Below are positions 40,911 through 57,639 of a stretch of 64,000 nt of DNA, piece by piece; position 1 is the first letter of the stretch, and the number at the start of each line of letters is the position of its first letter. Source of the stretch: Antedon mediterranea (taxonomy: Eukaryota; Animalia; Echinodermata). The notes beneath the pieces are model-generated. The model was not told the DNA's origin, did not search any database, and worked only from the letters and a program-made list of their open reading frames with translations. Location of the stretch: positions 186,001 to 250,000 of the forward strand of contig NC_092674.1 in the NCBI RefSeq assembly GCF_964355755.1, written 5' to 3'. The translations under genes and the position numbers were made by a program.

Positions 40911-42007
40911 AGAGCTTTCGATATACAGTAGTCGTAAAAGTATCTGAATTTATTTAAAAAAAAGGTATTTTCCTTTTGAGACAAGATTCAAAAGTAGAAG
41001 TTGGAGGAGAATAAAAAAAAATACTGATATTCATCTCTGAACCAACAGAAAACAATTTAATTCAATATTTAGAGAAATAATATGGTACGTGCCTGGACAA
41101 TTATGGGGGCATTTCTGGACATCGATATCGTTTATCGGACCGAACCTCTTAATTTATAAGCTCTTGAAAGCTGACATGACAAAGAATAAATAAACTTCAT
41201 ACTGTATGTTTATTTCAGTTCTTCCACGTTTCGAGTCAAATTTTATAACGGAAAATAAAAAAAAAACGTTGAAATGTTACCTTCTACAAGGTAACGTTGG
41301 CGTCTCATAGCTAAATGCACTCCTGGCGTTCCATACCAACTACGATCTCTGCGCGATGTTTTAATTTTTTATGGATGATGGATATATGTTGGGGATGCAA
41401 CCGCGACGTTGTGGTTTTAATTAAAAATTTGTCCACAATTTAAAATCTCTCCATAGAAACAACGTATAGCAGGTATAGTATAAATATTTGACTTCGAAAC
41501 TTAGGATATATAATAACAATATAATAAGGTAAACTAGATAGCCTACTACGGTAAAAAAATAGTAGGCCTAGGCTAGCTAGGCCTAGCCCTAGGCCTAGCT
41601 TATTAGCTACCTCTATTACTAGTACTAGGCGAGCCGCCCGCCTCCTCGGGCCAGGCGCGCCTAGCTAGTAGTGGTAGGTGTAGGCCTGAACTGAATGAGC
41701 TTACTGTACTACCGACTGAGGCTAGGAGGCTGAGACTTAATGAGGCGCTGACCTACATTAGTTGTAGCTAGAGGGTGACGTACTTTATTTTTAGTACTGG
41801 TAAAATAAAAAGTAAAAAAAATAAAATAATACTTTGGCCTACTAGGCTAGTAGTTAGCTAGGCCTAGGCCTAATTCAGTCCAATCAATGCCTGATTAATT
41901 AATAATAATAATGAACTAACATTTAAAAATTGCTGTACTAATTGTGTTTCAATATAGTTTTTTTGTATTTCAAATGTTATGTATTCTATACTAGTTTTCT
42001 TTGTAGA

Positions 42008-46096
<4,089 letters not shown>

Positions 46097-47642
46097 AAAA
46101 TATTGTTAGAATTTTCTTTTATTTTACTCTTTTTTTTTAAATTTTTATTCAAATATTGAAAAAAATGCAGGATGAAAATCATGATGTTAAATTTATTTCC
46201 TCTAAAAAAACAAGCATAAGCAAAACACATCAGCTACTGTAAAATTCAAACTGGTACACAAATTAAACTACTGTATACATATTGATTTGCTTTCAAGGAC
46301 GGTCTCTATAATAATCCTTTACTGTGGTTTTACATTTTTCTATAGATTTACAATTTTGTTACTATTATATTGCTTCTTTATCATCATCATTTTGCTATTT
46401 ATATTAATAATTCCTTATTGATTAGTTATTGGATTATTGACTTGAATGTGTTATTATTCACACTATTATCTAGATAAACGGAATTAATTTTACTTCTGCT
46501 GTAAGCATACAAATATGTATTGAATTACAGACGCACTCTATTAAATCGACTAAAATAATATAAAATATGAATTTCTTATCAACATAAAAACAGTGTTATC
46601 AACTTCTTCCACACAAATTGATTAGAATAAGTAGTGGAGGGTACACGTGTCAACCGCTTAAGTCAAATTAAACTAATCAATTGACAAATCAATGCCTGAA
46701 TCCAAAATCATGTGTTTTTGCATGATCCAACTTTTTTATAATTGAACTGCAAATATATAGAGAATAATTGGTAATCAACTAAGTGTTAACTTTGGCATAG
46801 ATCAACACTATAATTATTGATATCGTTAAGTGGAAACTGTTTGGTTTGTAACCATGGTAATAACTAATTGTAAACAAAAGAAGTCATCTGAAGTCATCTC
46901 AAGTAGGTCGCCATAGAAAACATGCACAAACAAGGATTATGAAACTATAAATAAAATTGGAGGATGAACCGTGATGTACTTTTAAACTGAAGATAACTAA
47001 TTCTACTACGTGTCTGCACATACAATTCAGTGAGCCACAAACGTATTTATATAATGCCATATACTTTATTTCTGAATACTATGATGTTATAGCAACTGTG
47101 TATACAATCGACAATAAACTATGTTTCTGAACAAGTTCAAATAGATTTGAGAAATGAAAGGTAGGCCTATGGCAGTTGACTGTGAATAAACATTTACAAT
47201 CTAATTTACATTTGATGTAGCTGGAATATTCAAATGTATTGATAGACCATAACACTAATTGAATGCACAAAAGTATTGTAAGGAGATACTTTATTCTTAA
47301 TTCAATCAGATTGCTATCATTGCATTAGTTCATCAAAACGAGAGACGTGTCTGATTTCAATCCTTTATTTCCATTAAAGATGATAAAGGAAGCGGCATTT
47401 AGTACAGCACTTAAAAAACCCTGACATTAGAAGAAAGCATTAAACTAACAATAACTACATTTATTTTCTCTCACAGAATGGAATCATTTTTTTTTGTTTA
47501 TATCTAAACTTGCTATAGTGACCTATTACATGTTATACTTTTTATATATGGTTAAACGATCCGATAGTTCAATGAACTCCTAAGTCACTAACCAAATACA
47601 ATATATTTACCAACTAAGTACTGGAAATACAACATCTGCTGC

Positions 47643-48761
47643 TTAAAAAGCAGTCACACTTTGAGATGTGTCTTTTGTTTCATTTTCTGTATCCGTCGTT
47701 CTCGACTGAAATGTGTGAGATGCTGTAGTTTTAAATACTACCGATGTTTTAATGTTTTTAGCCAATGGTTTTCTTCGTATCGTTTCCAACAACCCTTCTT
47801 TGAAATGTCTATTAGTTCCACAATAAATGATAGGATTTAATGTACTGTTAAAATATGTTAACCAGAATAACATAGAGTACCAGGGGTCATTTGGTACCCA
47901 CGATGTTAAACCTGAGAATGTAAAGTATGACATAAATGGAAGCCAGCACACAACAAAACACGTCATTACCGTTGCTACTGTTCGTCCAAGTCGGCTATCC
48001 TGGTTAGAAACCCGACTTTCTTTCCATGTTTTAGAACTATGTCTTACAACTCGTGCAATCTGAATGTACATGGCACACATTATGAAAAGAGGAAGAAAGA
48101 AAAACCCAAGTCCATCTGTCAGTGTGTACACTATCCCTGCTTCAAGAAAACATTCACCAGGACCCATTTCCTCACCTTCAACTTTATTCCAACCCAAATG
48201 AATAGGTGGAAAAGAAATCATAATAGAAGCAAACCAAACTGCGAAAATAACTAGCTTAGTGTTTCTTTTATTGAGTATGCTACGATAAGAGAACGGATAT
48301 TTAACTGCAATGAAACGGTCAGAAGTAACGGCAACTAGATTTAAACATGATGCCGTACATAGACATACGTCACTTGACACAAAAAGCCGGCAAGCTATTG
48401 TTCCAAAATACCACTTACCCAGAAGTAAGTTTGTTATACTAAATGGCATTACGATAACACCGACAAAAGTATCAGCGATCGCCATCGATGTGATAAATGC
48501 GTACGTTGCACGTGAACGAAATCGTTTTCGTCCCGTCAAAACGACAACGGCCAGGACGTTTCCGATAATCGTAACAAATGTCACAAGGCACAATATGCAT
48601 CCTCCTATTAGAGTTATAGTTGATAATGTCCAATCTACTTCGGCGCCGGTACCATTATTATAGTTAGCTGCTCCAACTGTTACTGGCGCCATATCCGATA
48701 AAAACTCATCTTCCAAATAAATGCTTGTAAAAGTTGGCGCAGCAGCAGTAATTACTGACAT
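47643..48761 (-). CDS. Intronless aminergic class A GPCR, histamine H2 receptor-like
   Basis: GN (TM1), MAIAD (TM2), D3.32 in SSDVCLCTAS, DRF, ISFPPIHLGWN, TM5 YTLTDGLGFFFLP with the H2-type Asp, CWLPF, NSTLNPIIY. First ATG at 48761; alternative at 48692. Confidence 0.88.
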   Translation of the reverse strand: MSVITAAAPTFTSIYLEDEFLSDMAPVTVGAANYNNGTGAEVDWTLSTITLIGGCILCLVTFVTIIGNVLAVVVLTGRKRFRSRATYAFITSMAIADTFVGVIVMPFSITNLLLGKWYFGTIACRLFVSSDVCLCTASCLNLVAVTSDRFIAVKYPFSYRSILNKRNTKLVIFAVWFASIMISFPPIHLGWNKVEGEEMGPGECFLEAGIVYTLTDGLGFFFLPLFIMCAMYIQIARVVRHSSKTWKESRVSNQDSRLGRTVATVMTCFVVCWLPFMSYFTFSGLTSWVPNDPWYSMLFWLTYFNSTLNPIIYCGTNRHFKEGLLETIRRKPLAKNIKTSVVFKTTASHTFQSRTTDTENETKDTSQSVTAF

Positions 48762-49439
48762 AATTAATTTAAATATCTCTCTAAGCGGGGTAGTAAAATC
48801 CAAATGTTTTAGTTTTTATGCAGATTCAAGTCCCTCAGTTCTCTGGTTCTGCAGTCGGTAATCTTTCAAGATAGCGTGTGATTGTTTGATCTTAACGTTC
48901 GTTTGACAATATGCATTGGTATCGAAGTCATTTATTGATCAATTTTCCGCCCTCATTTATAGTTATACTAATACTACAAAGTACCTTAATTACTGAGCAA
49001 ATACTTAAGTACAGTCAAATAAAAAATGTTTTCATTATCATCTTCATCATTCTCTTATTGAAATATATCTGATTTAGTTCGATTTTTTCTTTAAATTATG
49101 CAGTAAAAGTTAAAATTAAGTATATGGCATTTGATTATGTTTCGAATAATAACGTTGACAATTTCAGTGTACAACTTAGAAATTCATTTAAAAAACTTAA
49201 AAATAAATAATTAACTGGTTGTAGTAAATTTTCTCATCTTAAATCCATCTAACCCATTTATAATACTAATACTATAGTGCCTACATTATTGAATTCAAAT
49301 TTCTTTTTATAAAGAAATTGATAGACTTGCTGGGACCTTGGTAATGTGGTAATAACGCAATTCAAGTATAAATAATTTTAAAGGTTTTACCGATATACGC
49401 TTAGGTTTGTAAGGTGCAAACTTCTACTCTGTCGATGAG

Positions 49440-49765
49440 TTATGTAGCTGCACTGGGACGGAATATTGACTATAATTTTCTTTTACTGATGACGATACGT
49501 TTATAAGGTAAAAAGTAAGTTAATCTTTCAGAGAGTTATGTAGCTCAGAGAGGAAGACTCATGTCTTTGTAGGTGGCTTCACGGTCGGTCAGTGGTTCGA
49601 GAGCTCTACCTACTGGGAGTGAAACTACTTTCTTTTACTGATAGACAATACGTTTATACGGTAAAACGTAACTTAAACATTCAGCAAGTTATGTAGCTCA
49701 GAGCGAAAGACCCGTGTCTTTGTAAGGTGACTTCACTGTCGGTCAGTGGTTCGAGAGCTGCACTA
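49440..49765. repeat. Diverged tandem duplication, period about 153 bp
   Basis: AGTTATGTAGCTCAGAG...GGTCAGTGGTTCGAGAGCT near 49535 and 49687. Confidence 0.7.
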
Positions 49766-50703
49766 TGTAATAACACGGACCGGATATACGGGATGTCACT
49801 ATAACGTTCCGATTGATTTTTTTTGTCATTCTTGCACAGGTCTCTTTTTTTTTTTTTAACTAGATTAAAATAATTATCTTAAACGATAAACGTTTACGTG
49901 TGTGTGATCCCCTCGGCGCGGAATTCCGAGTTCAAGTTCCGAATTTAAACGTCAAAATATCAATCAAACCCTACTGAAGGTGGCGCTGTTTATTTGTGGA
50001 AATTCAATTCTCTTCTCTATCTTCTCCCCGCCGCCGATCGATCTCTCTCTCCTCCTCCGCCGAAAGCTGCTGGAATTCCGAGGACGATGTTCATACACCT
50101 TTTAGAATTGGCCTAAAGGAAGTTAAGACCACATCGACGAATAAGGTACATTACAGGGGGCTAGGCTAAGTAATATAGGTAGATTGGTATACTGGGAATC
50201 CGTAATATAATACTGTACCGTACGCGATTTTTTTTTCCGTACGAGAGTTCCTCCATCGGTTCGTTTCGGACTCAATCGACTCTCTTCGGTATTCGGTAAA
50301 GTCAGCTCACTGATGCGTGACAACATAATACAATTTACATTTACAAACCGCGAGCTATACTTTCACACAGGCTGCCATAATAATAAAATGAATCTACACT
50401 ATAAGTATAAAATACGAGTTTTGATGACATTAATTAATAAATACTAGGCCTACTTAGTAATTACATTAAGAACCCAATAGCATATTAAAGATATTTAGGT
50501 CGTATCAGATATTATTTTTTGAAGTTGAACGACCTTTTGTCACGAACGAAAGGAATTTTCTTTAAATAATTCATAAAACACAGCTTTTTAATTTGAAATT
50601 TAATTAAATGAGGCGATGGCAGATTGTTTACTACATGTCAATTTTAATTGTATATATTAATATCATAAATAAATTATCGATGAATTAGCAATGCTGAGAC
50701 CAG

Positions 50704-51729
50704 TGGCCGTATTCACCAATCTCACTTAGGCTAAGGGAAATACTTACCCTTAAAATTTAAGAATTCCCTTAACAAAGGGAAACACTTAAGGGGTATTCAC
50801 AAATGAGTTAAGGGATTCACTTACCTAAGGAAAACACTTAATTTAAGGGTAAAACTTAAGGGTAAAAATAATCATAAATATTCATGAGTTGTCCCATTGT
50901 CCAATCACAGAGGATTTAATTCCCCTATGGTCCAATCACTTTTCCTCTCTAAAACTAATTTGCATATTTAAAAAAAGAGTAAGGGGTTGGGGGACGGGGA
51001 GGATGAAGAGAAAAGGGTATGGACGATCAATAAAAAGAAAATGGCAGTCAAAACAAAAACAAGTAAATGAATATTAAACCTAGACTAATTTGTATGAGGA
51101 TCAAGAAAAATTGGTCTAGCCTAGATGCTACTAACAAACCAACATTCTGTGTAGGCCTAAACCTGTCTGTATTGAGGCATATGCATCCTAGGCTGGTTAC
51201 TGGGCAGACCAAAAGGGGCCTAGCATCTCTACCTAGCCTAGGCCTACTACTAGAATGGGGCTAATTTCTATTACAACGAAATGGGAAGCCATCTTCCACA
51301 AAAATAATGGCAGTCAAAACAAAACAAATAAATGTATATATAGGCATAGACTAATTTGTATGGGTGGGGATCAGCAAAAAAAGGTCTAGATGCTACTCAA
51401 ACCAAACATGAATCCTAGGCTGGTTAGTGGGCAGACCAACCTAGCATCTCTACCTAGCCTAGACTGGGGCCATCTACAAGTAGGCATAGTACTCGCACAT
51501 ACAGAATCGTCAGCACAACCAAGGTACTGAATAGTTAAGGGAACTTTTAAGGGACCTCTGAGGTCCCTTAAAAGTTAAGGGGAAAATATACCAAGTTAAG
51601 GGTTTCCCTTAACCTTAAACCCTTTGTGAATACCACTTAAGTGAAACCCTTAATATTTTCTTGATTTAAGGGAAATCCTTAGGATTTAAGGGAAATATCT
51701 CACTTAAGTGTGATTGGTGAATACGGCCA
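50704..51729. mobile_element. Non-autonomous PIF/Harbinger-like element, about 1.0 kb
   Basis: TIR TGGCCGTATTCACCAATC.CACTTA at both ends, flanks CAG/CGG, many subterminal TTAAGGG motifs and an internal duplicated block. Confidence 0.82.
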
Positions 51730-51789
51730 CGGTTTACTATATTGGACGAATTATTAAGGGTGTTCATTATTTTTTCACTTTGTTGATAA

Positions 51790-51951
51790 ACGTTTAGTTC
51801 TCACTTGAATGCAACGCAAGGACGTAAGCGCAACTCAAGTAATTTGACCAATCACTACACGATAGATCATCCCAACTATCGCTTGTGATTGGTCAACTTA
51901 CAGTACTTGCGATCCGTGTACGCAATTGTGAGTACAAGTCAGAACCAAGCT
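51790..51951. mobile_element. Diverged MITE (family B, related to 53971-54149)
   Basis: Shares GCAACGCAAGGACGTAA..TTGACCAATCAC..GTGATTGGT..GAACCAAGCT with the 53971 copy. Confidence 0.7.
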
Positions 51952-52592
51952 ATGGTCTGCTCGCAACTTGTGTTTATCGATATATTTGCAAAACTGTATA
52001 ACATACCACGATTTAATTGACATTTCGTCATGTACACTAACGAATTTTAGATATTTTCATCATCACATTTATTTACGCGAAAGTTTTGTAAAATAAACCA
52101 ATTTTAAGGAAGTTCACTGAATCAGTATTTCCTTATATAGTTTGATTACATATCTGAATTTTAATTAGGAACATATAAATAAATCGATAAGTAATGAAAA
52201 GATCATTTATTATTCGTCTTTTATGAGATGATATTTTGCAATTGCCAAATGTAAAATGTCTCCGGTTGCCTCTGATATCAGAGACTGTTTAATGCCTTTT
52301 TGAAGGTTAAAATCCTGTATTTCAAATTTTGTACCTTATCTTTATGACTTTCTAGATATTTTACGGTTTTCTTTGTATTTCTAACCTCCTTATTGCAAAC
52401 TTTGTCGTCGTAAAGTCAAAGCGAGTTTATTTAATTTTGATGGCTTGTTTAATGGCTTTACATTCGGTTTTGTTAGCTAATACTGTGATTGTCTTGCTGT
52501 ATAGTTCACGTCAGGATAACATTTATGGTTAAGGCCCTGTCAACAATATATTATATCCATTTCGTTTTTTAATTCAATATTTTGCCTGTTTT

Positions 52593-52721
52593 AGCTCTGT
52601 TTACACTATCAAAAGTTTGACCAAAAAAATGTGATGTGCTCAAATATTGAAGTGATATGACGTCATCACATTTTTTGTCACATCAAGTTAGTTGTCACAT
52701 CAGGATAGTGTGGACAGAGCT
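52593..52721. mobile_element. Short MITE (family A)
   Basis: AGCTCTGTTTACACTATC...GATAGTGTGGACAGAGCT terminal inverted repeats. Confidence 0.75.
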
Positions 52722-53029
52722 TTAGAGAGGCCTTAGTGGTGGTTTGTTATTGTGTTTAGATTTAACATATCATTTGAATTGTAAATCTTTCTCTATTTGG
52801 TACATCCAGTTACTTTTGCATTGTTTGTTTTCTAAATAACTTTATTTTGATATGATAAAGTTTTTACTACATTTGATATCGTAGGCCTATGCCATTTTTG
52901 GGTGTTAATTCATATGCATTTAACAGCGAGAAACTCGCAAATTACAGGATTGACTAACTGCCATTCTTATAAACTCAGTTGAGGCTTATGGAGTGGAAAG
53001 AGTCTTGAGTAACAACCCTGGCAAGATCA

Positions 53030-53259
53030 AGATCAAACCCTGGCGCTAAGTCAGAATTGAACCCTGGCGCTAAGTCAGAATTGAACCCTGGCGCTAGATC
53101 AGAATTGAACCCTGGCGCTAGATCAGAATTGAACCCTGGCGCTAAGTCAGAATTGAACCATGGCGCTAGGTCAGGATTGAACCCTGGCGCTAGATCAGGA
53201 TTGAACCCTTGACCTTGAGTTTAGAAGGCAAGCACGTTAACCATCAAGTTACAACTCCA
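53030..53259 (-). mobile_element. tRNA-derived SINE head with a 24-bp x7 array that includes the B-box
   Basis: Minus strand TGGAGTTGTAACTTGATGGTTAACGTGCTTGCC...GGGTTCAATCC resembles the 26624 SINE; units start at 53041 + 24n (n = 0-6). Confidence 0.75.
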
Positions 53260-53970
53260 TTACTTTGTTTTCAAATTCCGTAATATCTGGAGTTACGAAA
53301 CAGAGTTTCTATCTATTTTTGCTGTTGGGAGTCGGTCAAATTCCTTTCGTCATTTACTGAAATGAATACAAAATTGGTTAAGTAAAGTATAGCATCTTTG
53401 AAATGAAATATGAAGCAGATGTATTGCAGTTTGTATTAGATAGATAGAAACATCTAACTTGAAGAATTAGCATGTACTAGAAATTACTTCTAAATAATTG
53501 CTTATTTAATATGACATGATAATTTTATGACTTTGTCGTTCATTGTAGAGTAGATAAAGATATACTCGTCGTCGTCGTATACTTTGCTATAGGCCTATGT
53601 ACTTGAACTTAATTAGATAACAGCTTCAGGCCCACCTAAGAGTAGGCAGTAGTCCTACTTTGCGGATGATATTGTCGAATTCTCTGTTGTAGCTTCAACA
53701 AAGCTTTTTTCATTACTTTCCCAGGTGTCAGTCTTCAAATGATCAGTTTATTTTTATGAGAAAAGAAGAGAGAATTTTATTCAATTGAAATGGAATTAGT
53801 TGTGGTGAAAATGTAACTGAAGTTTTTTTCCATATGTTCCGCCTGTTAAAATGCGCATTATGCTTAAATATTGAATCTGATTGTCTCTTCAGCTTTTTTT
53901 TGTATTGGTAATGTTAATACTACTGTACTATCGTCCGTGCTAATATCATGAAAGTCAAATACAATACTAA

Positions 53971-54149
53971 TGCGTGGTTCCCACTAGCGACGCAACGCAA
54001 GGACGTAACGCAACGCAAGTGAATTGACCAATCACAAGCGATGACTTATTGGCTTGTGATTGCTAACTTTCTATAACTTCGCTTGTGATTGGTTAAAACG
54101 CTTGCGTTGCGTTTACGTCCTTGCGTTACGTTCTAGTGGGAACCAAGCT
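53971..54149. mobile_element. Palindromic MITE (family B, Harbinger/Tourist-like)
   Basis: TGGTTCCCACTAG...CTAGTGGGAACCA arms extended by ACGCAAGGACGTAA/TTACGTCCTTGCGT; flanks TAA/TTA. Confidence 0.85.
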
Positions 54150-54378
54150 TTAGGCCTGGGGGTAATGTACTACCGAATCTTTACATTGTCTCAGTAAGGC
54201 ACCTAACACCTTACTAATGAATAATGACAAATGGATTATTCATTAATGTTATTATGTTTCATGTACGAACAAATATCGTAGCAATCACCTCCAATACCGA
54301 CTGTCCAAGAAATCCTACTTTTCACAATATCTCCATTTTCTATTACCCCTGACGTCTCACCCATGTTTCTATACTCTT

Positions 54379-54500
54379 AAGCCTTGTCTACACTATTCAA
54401 CTTTATGTGACCAAAAAGTGTGATGTGTCCAAATATGGTAGTACTATACCCAAAGATGGTAATGATATGACATCATCATTGTCCATATACGGGCATATAA
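54379..54500. mobile_element. Partial MITE (family A)
   Basis: Left part homologous to the 32252 and 52593 copies; right TIR missing. Confidence 0.6.
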
Positions 54501-55134
54501 TCAAACAAAAGAAATGTTCTCATTATTAACGGGGTCGTTCTTATAAAATGTTAAATCCAATTTCACCGCGAGTCAAGATTAGTTAATAAGTTCAAGTTCA
54601 AAAAACATTTATTTATTCAACAATGGCATTATACAGTATAATATAATTATAGGTGCGTGTGTATATAAATGAAAACATAGTAATAAGCCATCATTTGGGG
54701 TCTTCTCCGTACCGTACTATCAAACATATCGAGCTATATATCCAATACCAAATTGGCGAGTAAATCATGTTTTACTTTAAATTAAATTTATACGCTCTTC
54801 CACAAGGTCAATTGTTAGTTATACATACAGACTATATTAAAACAATGATTTTGAACACGTAGGGCATTTCTTTGAATTCTTTCCTATTGTCGTTTTGTGG
54901 TAATTTACAGCTTTTTATATGTTTAACAAACGTACATAATCAATTGCGTCTGCATCATGCTAGACTACAACTTCCGGTAGTGACGTAATCAGCATATTTT
55001 TGGTAATAAAACTTTTTCACTAAGCTAGGGAATCTTCTGATATCAATATTCATTAGACCGTACTTTAGTTAGCCAATCAAAATAAACGTATAAACAATTT
55101 TGCGGCGATGTTACATGTTGTTGAGGTAAAATAT

Positions 55135-57620
55135 ACTGTGTTTTACAATAACCAATTTGGTTAGAGTAAAACACAATCATAATGATAAAGAATAGGAAAC
55201 ATTTAATAATATGATAAATGACATTTACATAGCAATTTATCACTGTGTTTTACTATAACCAATTTGGTTAGAGTAAAACACAATGATAAAGAATAGGAAA
55301 CGTTTAATAATATGATAAATGTCATTACATAGCAATTTATCACTGTGTTTTACTATAACCAATTTGGTTAGAGTAAAACACAATGATATAGAATAGGAAA
55401 CATTTAATAATATGATAAATGACATTTACATAGCAATTTAGCACTGTGTTTTACTATAACCATTTTGGTTATAGTAAAACACAATGATATAGAATAGGAA
55501 ACATTTAATAATAATGATTATTTACATAGCAATTTAGCACTGTGTTTTACTATAACCAATTTGGTTATAGTAAAACACAATGATAAAGAATAGGAAACAT
55601 TTAATAATATGATAAATGACATTTACATAGCAATTTAGCACTGTGTTTTACTATAACCAATTTGGTTAAAGTAAAACATAATGATAAAGAATAGGAAACA
55701 TTTAATAATTTGATAAATGACATTCACATAGCAATTTAGCACTGTGTTTTACTATAACCAATTTGGTTATGGTAAAGCGCAATGATATATTATAGGAAAC
55801 ATTTAATAATATGATAAATGACTTACATAGCAATTTATCACTGTGTTTTACTATAACCAATTTGGTTAGAGTAAAACACAATGATAAAGAATAGGAATTT
55901 AATAATATGATATATGACATTTACATAGCAATTTAGCACTGTGTTTTACTATAACCAATTTGGTTAGAGTAAAACACAATGATATAGAATAGGAAACATT
56001 TAATAATTTGATAAATGACATTTACATAGCAATTTAGCACTGTGTTTTACTATAACCAATTTGGTTAAAGTAAAACACAATGATAAAGAATAGGAAACAT
56101 TTAATAATATGATATATGACATTTACATAGCAATTTAGCACTGTGTTTTACTATAACCAATTTGGTTAAAGTAAAGCAGAATGATAAAGAATAGGAATTT
56201 AATAATATGATATATGACATTTACATAGCAATTTAGCACTGTGTTTTACTATAACCAATTTGGTTGGAGTAAAACACAATGATAAAGAATAGGAAACATT
56301 TAATAATAATGATTATTTACATAGCAATTTAGCACTGTGTTTTACTATAACCAATTTGGTTATAGTAAAACACAATGATATAGAATAGGAAACATTTAAT
56401 AATATGATAAATGACATTTACATAGCAATTTATCACTGTGTTTTACTTACTATAACCAATTTGGTTATGGTAAAGCACAATGATATAGAATAGGAAACAT
56501 TTAACAATATGATAAATGACATTTACATAGCAATTTATCACTGTGTTTTACTATAACCAATTTGGTTAAAGTAAAACATAATGATAAAGAATAGGAAACA
56601 TTTAATAATTTGATAAATGACATTCACATAGCAATTTAGCACTGTGTTTTACTATAACCAATTTGGTTATGGTAAAGCACAATGATATAGAATAGGAAAA
56701 ATTTAATAATATGATAAATGACTTACATAGCAATTTAGCACTGTGTTTTACTATAAACAATTTGGTTAAAGTAAAACACAATGATAAAGAATATGAAACA
56801 TTTAATAATTTGATAAATGACATTCACATAGCAATTTAGCACTGTGTTTTACTATAACCAATTTGGTTATGGTAAAGCACAATGATATAGAATAGGAAAC
56901 ATTTAATAATAATGATTATTTACATAGCAATTTATCACTGTGTTTTAATATAACCATTTTGATTATGGTAAAACACAATGATAAAGAATAGGAAACATTT
57001 AATAATAATGATTATTTACATAGCAATTTAGCACAATGTTTTACTATAACCAATTTGATTAGAGTAAAACACAATGATATAGAATAGGAACATTTAATAA
57101 CATGATAAATGACATTCACATAGAAATTTAGCACTGTGTTTTACTATAACCAATTTGATTAGAGTAAAGCACAATGATAAAGAATAGGAAACATTTAATA
57201 ATATGATAAATGACATTTACATAGTAATTTATCACTATGTTTTACTATAACCAATTTGGTTAGAGTAAAACATTTTAACTATGATAAATGATATTTAGCA
57301 CTGTGCTGGATACAGTAAAACACAAATAAAGAATAGGAAACATATAATAATATGATACATTTACATACAAATTTAGTTATAGTATTGTGTTTTACTATAG
57401 CCAATTTGGTTACAGTAAAACGCAATGATAATGAAACATTTATTATATGATATTATTTACATAGCAAAATATTATATTAAACATATCTTATTATCTAAAC
57501 GTTATGATAAAGAATAGGATACATATAATGTAATAATATAATAAATACAAGTTACATAGTTTATCATCTTGTTTTACAGAACCAATTTGGTGACACAGTT
57601 AAACACAGTGATAAAGAATA
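55135..57620 (+). repeat. About 101-bp tandem array (about 24 copies); each unit holds a ~40-bp palindrome
   Basis: TGTGTTTTACTATAACCA-ATT-TGGTTA(G/T)AGTAAAACACA in each unit; degenerates toward the right. Confidence 0.92.
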
Positions 57621-57639
57621 GATACTGTTTTAGGTTATA

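Noticed and set aside
47827-48663. Plus-strand ORFs opposite the GPCR (and minus-strand ORFs opposite NCK at 32707-33300)
   Set aside because: Antisense shadows of real coding exons.
49975-49990. CTCF-like AGGTGGCGCTG motif upstream of the GPCR
   Set aside because: Only the 3' half of the consensus matches; not supportable from sequence alone.
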